A stretch of 64,000 bases of DNA. It comes from Bacillota bacterium (GTDB taxonomy: Bacteria; Bacillota; Clostridia; Saccharofermentanales; DTU023). The DNA lies in assembly GCA_023426575.1 (NCBI GenBank), contig JAFAAL010000001.1, positions 5,243 through 69,242 on the forward strand. Reading direction: 5' to 3'. Position 1 is the stretch's first letter, and every line of letters starts with the position of its first letter. Below are positions 43,798 to 52,622 of this stretch, in pieces. The position numbers were made by a program, and so were the translations under genes. A model generated the notes under the pieces. The model did no database searches. It was not told the DNA's origin and worked only from the letters and a program-made list of their open reading frames with translations.

Positions 43798-44847
43798 TCA
43801 GAGCCGATCCGGAGACTCTGGGGGAGCTGGTAGAGGGCGCGGACGCTGCGGCGCAGAGGCGCGGCGCAGCGCCTTGGACTCGCTGCCCACTGGCCGTCTT
43901 TCAGGCAGGCGATGGGGGCGGTGTCTGACTTGGCGGATGCCCTTGTTCTCGGGCTTGCGCAGCTCAGGTCCTCTCATCCTATCATCCGCGGTTCTGGGGC
44001 TCTTTAATGATGCTTCTCCAGCTTCTTTGATCGTCTTGACGCGCGTCGGAGCTTGGCCGAGGTGGCGCTTGAGGTAGAAGATTAAATCGTAGCGCAGGTA
44101 GTCATGGAAGAGCTTCTGGCGCAAACTCAGGAGGGAGCGGTCCAGGGGGAAGAATATGCGTCCGTGGTGGAGGTCGATCAGAACTGGACTGAGGTAGGAT
44201 TGCTGCAGGCTACCGAGAAAATTGACGACCCCTGCCGCCGCTGAGAGCACCTCTTGATTATTGCCCATGTCTGTCACGAGGATGTACTGATTCATCTTGG
44301 CGTGAGGGCTGCTGCGCTCAATATAGTCGATGGCCTCCTTGAGCATCTGGTCGACGACGATGACATTGAGAATGGGGCGATAGAGGACGGCGATGCGCTG
44401 CCAGCGCGAGCGCATCCTCCGGTCGAAGCCGATGAGCTTACGCTCATAAATCTGACCGAAGCTGCGCCTTAAATTGTCATTGAAGCCGCGGGAGTGCAAG
44501 TAGATATTGATCTTCTCGAGCACCTCGTCCTGATTGTTGCGGAGAGCCGCTGCGAGGCTCTCGGGCAGCTTGTAGCGCCTGAGCTTTGCCAGTCCACTGA
44601 GACTCTCGGGGTCGCCGGGATCGAAGCGGCGCAGCCAGGCACTGTGGACGAGACTCTGAAAGAGATAGAAGAGATAGATGACAAAGAGAATGAGCAAGGC
44701 CAAGAAAGCGAGCTTGACATACTTTTGTGGGATATACTCGGCGGGTGCAGCCAGGTGTCGCCGGATCCAGACAATGGCCAAGACGAAGATCGGCAGGACC
44801 AGGACCTTTAGTATATTTTCTTTAATGATTCTCAGTTTACGGCGCAT
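43798..44847 (-). CDS. uncharacterised membrane protein (two N-terminal TM helices, ~200-aa cytoplasmic domain, Arg/Pro-rich tail)
   Basis: 349 aa with TM helices VLVLPIFVLAIVWI and LAFLALLILFVIYLFYLF. I recognise no family motif. The C-terminal ~70 aa are low-complexity basic/Pro-rich. Confidence 0.5.
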   Translation of the reverse strand: MRRKLRIIKENILKVLVLPIFVLAIVWIRRHLAAPAEYIPQKYVKLAFLALLILFVIYLFYLFQSLVHSAWLRRFDPGDPESLSGLAKLRRYKLPESLAAALRNNQDEVLEKINIYLHSRGFNDNLRRSFGQIYERKLIGFDRRMRSRWQRIAVLYRPILNVIVVDQMLKEAIDYIERSSPHAKMNQYILVTDMGNNQEVLSAAAGVVNFLGSLQQSYLSPVLIDLHHGRIFFPLDRSLLSLRQKLFHDYLRYDLIFYLKRHLGQAPTRVKTIKEAGEASLKSPRTADDRMRGPELRKPENKGIRQVRHRPHRLPERRPVGSESKALRRASAPQRPRPLPAPPESPDRL

Positions 44848-44893
44848 GAGACCCCCCTCGCATTTCAGAGACTATATTAAGCCACGACAGAAA

Positions 44894-46054
44894 TTAGTCA
44901 ACGTAGATGCGAGGAACGCGCCGATTGACATCGCAGAAGAGCTCATAGGAAATGGTATCTGCCAGGCTCGCCTGCTCGTCGGCACTGATATAGTCGGGAA
45001 CTGGTCCACCAAAGATATGCACCAATTCGCCGAGCTGCGGAGCCTCGAGCCCCGTGATGTCAATCATCGAGCGATCCATGCAGACTCTGCCGACAATCGG
45101 CCAGCGCTGGCCACGGATCGAGACGATGCCTCGATTGGAGAGACTGCGCATCAGGCCATCGGAATAACCGGCCTCAATGATGGCCAGTGTCGTCTTGCGG
45201 GTCGCCGTCCAAGTCCGCCCATAGCCCACTGTCTCTCCGGCCTCAAGATGGCGGAGATCTGAAATGCGCGAGAGATAGTGCATGACGGGGAGCAGGGGCA
45301 AAATTTCATAATCCTCTGGGCGCTCGTAACAGCCATAGATGATGATGCCCGCCCGCACCATGTCGAGGGCCATGTCGGGCCGGTGAATGATCGTCGAGGA
45401 ATTGGCAATATGGCGGATCGGAATCTCGAGACCTCGCGCGGCCAGAGCCTCCAAAAGTCGAATAAAGCGCTCAAACTGACAGTCTTGATAGGCGCTGTCA
45501 GAGGCCGCCGCGGCAAAGTGTGAGAAGATGCCCTCGATCTCAAGCTCAGGCATCGCAGTGATCGCCAGAATCTCGCGGACAGTCTGCTCAAGTTCCGGCT
45601 CACGCGCCGAGAGTCCGAGCCGCGCCATCCCCGTGTCAATCTTGAGGTGGACCTTGAGGCGTCTTCCCTGATGCCGCAGGGCCTCGGCAAAGGCTCGCGC
45701 CTCCGCCAGAGACCAGAGCGTCGGTCGAATGTCGAGATCTAAGAGATTTTGGGACTCTGGGACCGGCACACGACTCATGATCAAAATGGGCAGGAGACAG
45801 CCCGCGGCCCGCAGGCGCTCAGCCTCGTCGACATTGGCCACCGCAAAAAAATCAGCGAGCCCCTCGCTCTCGGCCACCCGGGCGACGAACTCGGCGCCGT
45901 GGCCATAGGCGTCCGCCTTGACAACGGCGCAGAGTTTGGCCTCTGGGGGGACTTGTCGGCGAATCGCCCTGAGATTTGTCAGCAGATTCTGCCGTGAGAC
46001 CTCCACCCAAGTCCGCGAACGATCGCGCGAATAGATTGGCAGTTCTTCAATCAT
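44894..46054 (-). CDS. alr: alanine racemase
   Basis: 386 aa with the PLP-Lys motif AVVKADAYGHGA and the C-terminal motif TISYELFC. Its ATG immediately follows the orr stop (TAAATG). Confidence 0.9.
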   Translation of the reverse strand: MIEELPIYSRDRSRTWVEVSRQNLLTNLRAIRRQVPPEAKLCAVVKADAYGHGAEFVARVAESEGLADFFAVANVDEAERLRAAGCLLPILIMSRVPVPESQNLLDLDIRPTLWSLAEARAFAEALRHQGRRLKVHLKIDTGMARLGLSAREPELEQTVREILAITAMPELEIEGIFSHFAAAASDSAYQDCQFERFIRLLEALAARGLEIPIRHIANSSTIIHRPDMALDMVRAGIIIYGCYERPEDYEILPLLPVMHYLSRISDLRHLEAGETVGYGRTWTATRKTTLAIIEAGYSDGLMRSLSNRGIVSIRGQRWPIVGRVCMDRSMIDITGLEAPQLGELVHIFGGPVPDYISADEQASLADTISYELFCDVNRRVPRIYVD

Positions 46055-47119
46055 TTAATTGATGATGATCTTATCGACATATTCAGAACTGAACGCTCTG
46101 ACGAGATTGACGTAGTTTGGCCTAAAGTCGACGGTATCGCCGACCTCGAGAGTTGCCGCTGCGCCCGTCAGCTTGAAGATTGTGTGATCTTGGGAGTGAC
46201 CGAGATAGCTGAGACCTGGCAGGAGCGGGGTCAAACCGTCTGGGATAATGTCCTGTCCGCCCATGGCAAAGATGCCTCTCAGAATCTCACCCTCATCTTT
46301 AAACTGCGGCGTCTCCCCTGCCGCATTGAGGCCGATTTGTCCGATGGGAAGCGACGGCTTCTCGTAGACCTCAACGAGCTCAGCCCGCAGCGTGAAGACA
46401 TCTTCATGGAGATCGAGGACGCGCTTGCCGTAAGAGGTCTCGCGTCCGAGGAGATAGGCCTCGCCAATGCGCAAGTGGTTGGCGCCTGGCAGCCACTCAT
46501 TGTTTAAGAGGAGGTGTAGACTCCCCGAGTTGCCCGCTGAAATCAGGGGCAGGGAGCGCTCGTATTCGAATTCGAGATCCTCCTTAACAGTCATGAGAGC
46601 ATGTAGGGTATCAGGCTGTGGGATGACGCCCCCGTAGCAGTTAAAATTGGCTCCAATGCCGATGATGTCCAGGTGCTCGAGCTCCATGATCTCAGGCAAT
46701 TCATAGGGCAGGCGAGGCAGAGGGATGCCCTCTCTCAGATCCCCGAGTTCGAGCATGAGAATGACCTGATGGCGCTTCTTCTGAGCTGCACAGGCGGCAT
46801 CGAGGGCGCGGAGCGTCTTGGCCGACGAGTTCAGGGAGATGTCGGCGAGTTCAACGACGAGTTCAGCCTCTGACGGCATGGGAATGCGCGTCAGGAGGAG
46901 AGACTTGGCAAAGGGTCTCAGGCGACGCAAATTCTGTATCCGAGAATCAGCAAAATGATCAATACCGACCTCGTGCAGGGCCTCGACCAGTCGCTGCTCA
47001 GCACTGAATGCCTTGGTGACTAGGTGGTATTGGATCTGCTGCTCTTGCAAGAGCGCGACGATCTTCTGCGCATTCTCCTGCAGTTTCTGCTTGTGAGTCA
47101 AAAGTCCAGGATTTGACAT
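46055..47119 (-). CDS. orr: ornithine racemase (COG3457 PLP racemase)
   Basis: 354 aa. HFADSRIQNLRRL, LELGDLREG, SAGNSGS, LRIGEAYLLGRETSYG and EKPSLPIGQIG closely track my recollection of Clostridium sticklandii Orr. Confidence 0.85.
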   Translation of the reverse strand: MSNPGLLTHKQKLQENAQKIVALLQEQQIQYHLVTKAFSAEQRLVEALHEVGIDHFADSRIQNLRRLRPFAKSLLLTRIPMPSEAELVVELADISLNSSAKTLRALDAACAAQKKRHQVILMLELGDLREGIPLPRLPYELPEIMELEHLDIIGIGANFNCYGGVIPQPDTLHALMTVKEDLEFEYERSLPLISAGNSGSLHLLLNNEWLPGANHLRIGEAYLLGRETSYGKRVLDLHEDVFTLRAELVEVYEKPSLPIGQIGLNAAGETPQFKDEGEILRGIFAMGGQDIIPDGLTPLLPGLSYLGHSQDHTIFKLTGAAATLEVGDTVDFRPNYVNLVRAFSSEYVDKIIIN

Positions 47120-47225
47120 AATCTTTTCCTCCTCTGTCTTAAGCCTTACGGCGATCTAGTCCTAGCCTAATCCGCCCGTCTTGATTGTAACAGCTTTTTT
47201 GACCGACAATCCGCGACAAAATCCG

Positions 47226-48629
47226 TCATTTTTCCGTCAAGCGCTCTAAAATCTCTTCTCTTGAGAGCTCGATGCCGAGGCTTCGGAGCAGGAGGCGGGC
47301 AGCGATCAGAGGTTTGGCTTTTGCCAAGACGCCGAGCGCCGCCATATTGTAGTCGCGATCGATGTAAAAGCTGAGATTGTCCTCCGGTAAGAGCAAGTCG
47401 CGCCGACGAAAAGTGAGCGCCTGCTTCAAAATGGCCTCTCCGTCCCCGAGGCGCGTCAGGGCGCCCCCCGTGCCAATGACATACTTGATCTGGCTGAGGT
47501 CCTTGCCCTTGGCCAGGGTCTGACGGCCCGTCGGACCATAGAGCTCGACCAGGCGGCCCGCATGGCGCTCGAGGGCAACGTGACAGGCCTCGGCCGTCAA
47601 TTGGCGGAGGAAGGCGTAGGACTCGGGCGTCGTCGGAATTTCAGCGGTCGCCCGTGAGAGCTCCTCCCAGTGAGCTGGCAGGGTCGCACGTCGCTCCGCG
47701 CTCATCTGAGCGAGGAGGCTCTCACGATTGACAAAGAGGCCGAGATCTCCCTCGACCGTCCGCTTGGCCCTGGGCTCTGCTTGCGTCTGAATTTCGCGGA
47801 TCGTCGGACTGCCATCCGTCACGGAGTGCAGATCCGTCGTCGCACCCCCGACGTCGAAGACGAGGAGGTCGCCCAGCAGTTTGGACAGGAGAATGGCCGC
47901 CTCCATAACCGCGCCGGGTGTCGGCAGAATGTGGCCCGAGACCCGCTCGCGAATCTTCTCCATCCCTGGCGAAGCCGTAATATTTTCCTCAAAAGCCTCA
48001 TGCACGAGCTGCCTTGCAGGCTCGATATTGAGCTGGTCGAGCTGCGGGTAGACATTCTCACAGAGGTAGAGCCGGTGCCCTCCAGCCTCGGCCAGCAGCC
48101 GTAGCTCCTCATGGTTTTCACAATTTCCAGCATAGACCAGGGGTGTCCTGGGGAGGGCTGACATCAGGGCCTCGTAATTGAAGAGTGCCGTCTCCCGCTC
48201 CCCAAAGTCGGTGCCTCCCGCTAAAAAGAGCATCTTCGGTGCGATCTCGACAATTTTAGCCAGATCTGAGCGCCGGAGGCGCCCCGCCGTGATCAGCTTG
48301 ATGACGGCGCCTGAGCCGAGGGCCGCCTCTTTGGCCGCGCGGACCGTCATATCGTAGACGAGGCCGTGGACCGTCATGCGGAGGCCGCCCGCTGCCGAGG
48401 AGGTGGCGAGAACCTCACGGGCCTCGAGCCTCTCCCCGAGCTCCTCCTCGAGCGCGCGCTGGGCCGCGGCAAGACCGAGGCTGACATCGCCTGCCTCAAC
48501 CGTCGTCGCCGCCTGGCCCTGGCCGAGAAAGATTGGCTCTTCGCTGTCGAGATCTGTAAAGGCATTCATCACCGTCGTCGTCGAGCCAATCTCGGCGAGC
48601 AGGAGATCAATCTTACGCACTGTTGTCAT
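47226..48629 (-). CDS. MutL/GlmL-like reactivase/chaperone for an adenosylcobalamin-dependent aminomutase
   Basis: 467 aa with an ASKHA-like N-terminus LLAEIGSTTTVMNAF and a later DVGGATTDLHS. It abuts the oraE stop with no gap, the position this family holds in known ornithine clusters. Confidence 0.7.
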   Translation of the reverse strand: MTTVRKIDLLLAEIGSTTTVMNAFTDLDSEEPIFLGQGQAATTVEAGDVSLGLAAAQRALEEELGERLEAREVLATSSAAGGLRMTVHGLVYDMTVRAAKEAALGSGAVIKLITAGRLRRSDLAKIVEIAPKMLFLAGGTDFGERETALFNYEALMSALPRTPLVYAGNCENHEELRLLAEAGGHRLYLCENVYPQLDQLNIEPARQLVHEAFEENITASPGMEKIRERVSGHILPTPGAVMEAAILLSKLLGDLLVFDVGGATTDLHSVTDGSPTIREIQTQAEPRAKRTVEGDLGLFVNRESLLAQMSAERRATLPAHWEELSRATAEIPTTPESYAFLRQLTAEACHVALERHAGRLVELYGPTGRQTLAKGKDLSQIKYVIGTGGALTRLGDGEAILKQALTFRRRDLLLPEDNLSFYIDRDYNMAALGVLAKAKPLIAARLLLRSLGIELSREEILERLTEK

Positions 48630-50846
48630 CTACTCTTCTGCTTCCTTCTCACGCCGCCGCTTGACGAGGTAGGAGGCGACGTCTATTCCCTTGGAGCCAC
48701 GACCGAAGCCGACATCGAGCCCCGCCTCAACCGCCATCTCATTGTTGACCTGCGTCCCGCCGCCGACCAGGATCAGCTTATCGCGGACTCCGCGTTCGAC
48801 ACAGATCTGCGCCAGGCGCTGCATGTTCTTGATGTGGATGTCGTCGTGCGAGATGATCGTCGACTGCAAGATGGCGTCGGCATTGGTCTCGATCGCCGCA
48901 TCGACCAATTTGTCGACGGGGCAAGAGGTGCCGAGATAGTGATATTTAATCCCAAAGCCCTCAATCCCGCCATGTTTGATGTCGAGGATCTCCTTGAGCC
49001 CGACCGAGTGTTCGTCTTCGCCAACGGTCGCGGCGACCACTGTCATCGGCCGCTCGTGGATGTCCTCGCGAATTTCCTTCTCGCTGAGATTTTCCACCTT
49101 TTCGGGAATGACCAGATCATTGACATCGATGTCGAAGTCAACGACTCCCTTGAGCTCTAGGAGACAGCCCTCCGCGGGATGACAGACCTGCTTGTTGATG
49201 ACGACGCATTCTTTGAGGCCCAGCTTCTCCCCGATCGCCATCGCGGCAAATTCGGCGCGATGCTCATCGAGGGGCAAGAAGAGCTGCATGACGACGACGC
49301 CATCGGCGAGCCACTCGACCTCCGGCCGAATCAGATTGTGATGGTCGTAGTACTTCTGCTTGGCCTCGATTCTGCGATAGACATTGTCATCCTCGTCGAG
49401 CTCGTCGATAAAGACGATCTTTTCGGGACACTGGAAGGTGTCGCCGCCGATCGCATCTTCAGGCTTCTCGATGCCCTCTGGCAGATGGTTCTGGCCATAG
49501 TGGACGGAGACAGGGGCAAAGTAGTCGTCCGCACGATAGAAGATCGCATCCGCACCGATGCCACCGTCCTGCTGCCGGGCAATCCCGTCGCCCTTGCGCT
49601 CGGGATAGAGGCCCGAATCGATGAAGAAGCCCTCCTCGACCGCCTTGAAGTAGCCGCCCGTCTCGAGCATCTCCTCCATGAAGAGGATCGCCCGCTCCTT
49701 GAGCTCGCGCACTTCCTGGCCGAGCTCGCTCTCGCGGTCGACCTTGACCATGCGGCGGATGCCGTCGAGCCCATTCAGAGCCTGTCGCGCCGTGTTCAGC
49801 GCGGCGATATTGTTGTAGTGCCAGGGGACGTTGCGGCCCTCGTCGGGCGTGATCGTCGACTGGATATCGGCCGAGGTCAGGCGCGAGATGACGAGGTTTA
49901 AGCTATGAGTCACCGTCGCCTCGCGCATGTCGGACTCCATATACTTGGTATTCATCTGTGCCCGCATCTTATAGTCTCGGAAGAAGTCGCGGAGCGCCAC
50001 GGCATAGGGCAGGTCGAGGCGCATACAGGGCGCTGGCGGCGCCGTCGGTGGCACCGTCGAGAGCGCGATATTCTCTGGCTTGATCCCGACTCTACGAGAG
50101 AAGGCCGAATTGATCGCATGCTGAACCATCAGCTCTGGCATGACCTTCCAGGCCTCCATCGCCGTCGCATTGGCATTGTGGGCCCCGTCAATTTGTAAGA
50201 TGTCGCCATAGGCCAGAATCTTCTTGGACTCGCAGGCGTCGATAAAGGAGCGCAGCATATTTATATTCCGGTAGAGGACGTTGTACTGCGGATCCTGGTG
50301 GACGCCCGAGACGCCCTCCTCGACAAACATGACCGCAATGTCCGGCCCTGCCACGCCCGAGACATAGGAGTGGAAGTTCAAGGGCCGTCCGACCTCTTCT
50401 TCAATCCAGTCGAGGGCCCGCCGGCTCGCCCGGCACTGCTTCCTGGTCACGGCGATGCCGCCGATCCCCTGCGTCGTCCCCTCGAGGAGAGAGTCGATGT
50501 GCGACTGGCCCGCCGTGCGGATGACCATGATGTGATCCGCGCCATTCCAGGCCGCCATGCGCATCCGCCGCAGATCATCCTCGAAGCGGCCCGAGGCAAT
50601 CTCCGTCGTGATGACGCAGTCGGGCTGCGGATCGATGTAGCCGAAGCCGCGAGAGCCCGCGAGGGGCACCGAATTTTTCACATTTTCTGAAGTCTCGTAA
50701 TAGGTGAAGTCTCCGACCTTGCGCTCTTCTCCCCGCCCCTCGCGCCAGTGCCAGGGGTGACGGCTCGGATGATAGTTCTCGAGCCCGTCGAGGATATCGC
50801 GCACGTCCATGCGCCGGTCGGGGCGCAGCGGATTCTTATTCGTCAT
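48630..50846 (-). CDS. oraE: D-ornithine 4,5-aminomutase beta (large, B12/PLP-binding) subunit
   Basis: 738 aa from ATG 50846 (MTNKNPLRPD...). TTEIASGRFEDDLRRMRMAAWNGADHIMVIRTAGQSH, QIDGAHNANAT, STITPDEGRNVPWH and the C-terminal B12 domain VGEDEHSVGLKE are near-colinear with C. sticklandii OraE as recalled. The upstream 43 codons of the track ORF are rejected. Confidence 0.9.
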   Translation of the reverse strand: MTNKNPLRPDRRMDVRDILDGLENYHPSRHPWHWREGRGEERKVGDFTYYETSENVKNSVPLAGSRGFGYIDPQPDCVITTEIASGRFEDDLRRMRMAAWNGADHIMVIRTAGQSHIDSLLEGTTQGIGGIAVTRKQCRASRRALDWIEEEVGRPLNFHSYVSGVAGPDIAVMFVEEGVSGVHQDPQYNVLYRNINMLRSFIDACESKKILAYGDILQIDGAHNANATAMEAWKVMPELMVQHAINSAFSRRVGIKPENIALSTVPPTAPPAPCMRLDLPYAVALRDFFRDYKMRAQMNTKYMESDMREATVTHSLNLVISRLTSADIQSTITPDEGRNVPWHYNNIAALNTARQALNGLDGIRRMVKVDRESELGQEVRELKERAILFMEEMLETGGYFKAVEEGFFIDSGLYPERKGDGIARQQDGGIGADAIFYRADDYFAPVSVHYGQNHLPEGIEKPEDAIGGDTFQCPEKIVFIDELDEDDNVYRRIEAKQKYYDHHNLIRPEVEWLADGVVVMQLFLPLDEHRAEFAAMAIGEKLGLKECVVINKQVCHPAEGCLLELKGVVDFDIDVNDLVIPEKVENLSEKEIREDIHERPMTVVAATVGEDEHSVGLKEILDIKHGGIEGFGIKYHYLGTSCPVDKLVDAAIETNADAILQSTIISHDDIHIKNMQRLAQICVERGVRDKLILVGGGTQVNNEMAVEAGLDVGFGRGSKGIDVASYLVKRRREKEAEE

Positions 50847-51210
50847 GAGACACCTCCTGATTAAAGAGCGCCTGAAGCTTCGTCCAGCCTTCGCCAGCGA
50901 GGAGCTTTTGCCCCGCCTCGCGGTAGTCGATGCCGAGCTCCTGGCCGAGGCGCCAGACCAAGTGCCCCGCGCCATGCTGAATCAGCTCGTGCTCAATCAT
51001 GCCCTCGACGAGCGGCTTGGCCTCCACCGAGGAAAAGCCCATGCGCAGCAGAATCGAGCGCTCAATTGCAGGTGTCGTATAGATTTTGCCCGCCTCGAGC
51101 AACGGGTCGACCAGTTGATTGGCCAGCTGCCAGAAGCGCTCGTAGAGCTCCTCGTCCGTCAGGGACTCGAGATGCTTGCGCCGCGTCAAAAAATCATCTT
51201 GTCTCGCCAT
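50836..51210 (-). CDS. oraS: D-ornithine 4,5-aminomutase alpha (small) subunit
   Basis: 124 aa. FLTRRKHLESLTDEELYERFWQL... The size, position and 11-nt overlap with oraE fit OraS. Confidence 0.8.
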   Translation of the reverse strand: MARQDDFLTRRKHLESLTDEELYERFWQLANQLVDPLLEAGKIYTTPAIERSILLRMGFSSVEAKPLVEGMIEHELIQHGAGHLVWRLGQELGIDYREAGQKLLAGEGWTKLQALFNQEVSHDE

Positions 51211-51221
51211 AGTAACCTCCC

Positions 51222-52622
51222 TTAGTCCAATGTGCGCAGAAATTCGTCAAAAGCCTCAGGCATCAGCCCGAGCTCTGCTGCGAGGAAGTCACGCGTCTTC
51301 TCATCGATGCTCTCGAGCGAGCGCTCGCCGAGGCGTCTCTTCAGCGCAGAAGCCCGCAAGTGGCTGAGCGGATAATAGCGGAGCTTGATCTCTTCAAAGC
51401 GCTCGGGCAAGACGATATTCTGTCCCGGCACTTCCTGCTCGGGATCGCCGAAGATCAGCTCTATCCCCTGCTCTTTGGCAAAGCTCAGCTGGGCCGATGG
51501 CATCTTGCCAGCCCCTGTATATTCCGTCTCCTGAACGACGATCAGCTGATCTTCTGGCAGCGTGGCCGCGAGGGCGATGGCTGCCGCCAGCGAGGTATTG
51601 CCCGCAGGTCCGCGCTCAATGCCCTCGAGAGCCGCCAGCGCCTCAGTGGCAAAGAAGACCTCTCCCTGCTTGACGAGGATATAGCTGTCGAGATAGCGCA
51701 GGGGCCGTGCCGCATTGATCGGCACATCCGAGCGATCGGGCTGCACGGTAAAGGGGATGCCGAATCCCGTGTGTCCCGTCGTAAAGGACTTGCGATTGAA
51801 GTCGTGGTCCGAGGCCATGTGCAGACCCGTCAGATCGACAGAGGCCGCATGTACCTCGCTGCTCGCGCCCGCTTGCTGGAGGCCGCGCGCCGTCCCCGTC
51901 AGATTGCCGCCGCCCGCATTGGTGACGATGACATGCTCGGGGTATTTGCCGAATTGAGAGAGGGACTGCTCGGCAATCTCCACGCCGAGTGTCTCGATGC
52001 CGCGGATCGCGGCAGGCGCATAGAGCGAGGCATTGTAATAGCCCGTCTCCTCGAGGATCGCGAGCGTCTCGTAGAAGAGCTCAGGGCCGACACTCAGCTG
52101 GATGACTTCCGCGCCGAGGGCCTCACAGGCCCGCTGCTTCTCGAGGATCTCAGGCTGTCCGATGCCCCGAGAGTCATAGCACTCCTGGACGACGATACAG
52201 GGCAAGTTGAGCTTGGCCGCCATCGCCGCCACCGCCGCGCCATAGTTGCCAGAGGTCGCGGCGACGACTCCTGGGTAGCCGAGGCGCTTGGCCTCGTGGA
52301 CGGAGAGCGCCGCCCGCCGCGCCTTGAAGCTGCCGGAGGGATTCTGGGCCTCGTCCTTGATCGCAATGCGCGCGCCATAGCCTGGCTTAGCCGCCTTGCG
52401 CACTGCAGCAGTCAAATTCTTCAGCTCTATCAGGGGCGTATTGCCGACGCCGAGCTCTCTTTGGATCGCCGCTACTTCTTCCAGGGTATAGGGCACAGCG
52501 GCGAGGAGCGCCTCATAGTCGAAGCCATAGGGGCGCACGAACTCACTGTAGTCGAGGCCGACCGCACGCTTGATGATCTCTTCTTTTCTCTGCATCACTG
52601 CTTGATAACTACGCTCTGACAT
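51222..52622 (-). CDS. ortB: 2-amino-4-ketopentanoate thiolase beta subunit (PLP, Trp-synthase-beta fold)
   Basis: 466 aa with the PLP-Lys motif NPSGSFKARRA and TSGNYGAA. Sits between ord-ortA and oraS. Confidence 0.8.
   Translation of the reverse strand: MSERSYQAVMQRKEEIIKRAVGLDYSEFVRPYGFDYEALLAAVPYTLEEVAAIQRELGVGNTPLIELKNLTAAVRKAAKPGYGARIAIKDEAQNPSGSFKARRAALSVHEAKRLGYPGVVAATSGNYGAAVAAMAAKLNLPCIVVQECYDSRGIGQPEILEKQRACEALGAEVIQLSVGPELFYETLAILEETGYYNASLYAPAAIRGIETLGVEIAEQSLSQFGKYPEHVIVTNAGGGNLTGTARGLQQAGASSEVHAASVDLTGLHMASDHDFNRKSFTTGHTGFGIPFTVQPDRSDVPINAARPLRYLDSYILVKQGEVFFATEALAALEGIERGPAGNTSLAAAIALAATLPEDQLIVVQETEYTGAGKMPSAQLSFAKEQGIELIFGDPEQEVPGQNIVLPERFEEIKLRYYPLSHLRASALKRRLGERSLESIDEKTRDFLAAELGLMPEAFDEFLRTLD

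Noticed and set aside
50847-50975. N-terminal 43-codon extension of the oraE ORF in the track
   Set aside because: The extension overlaps the oraS coding region and is Arg/Ser-rich. ATG 50846 (MTNKNPLRPD) matches the expected OraE N-terminus and gives the usual short overlap with oraS.
51360-52619. 419-aa plus-strand ORF antisense to ortB
   Set aside because: Same reasoning: ortB on the minus strand has the PLP-Lys motif and operon context, while the antisense product is Arg/Leu/Asp-rich with no recognisable domain.
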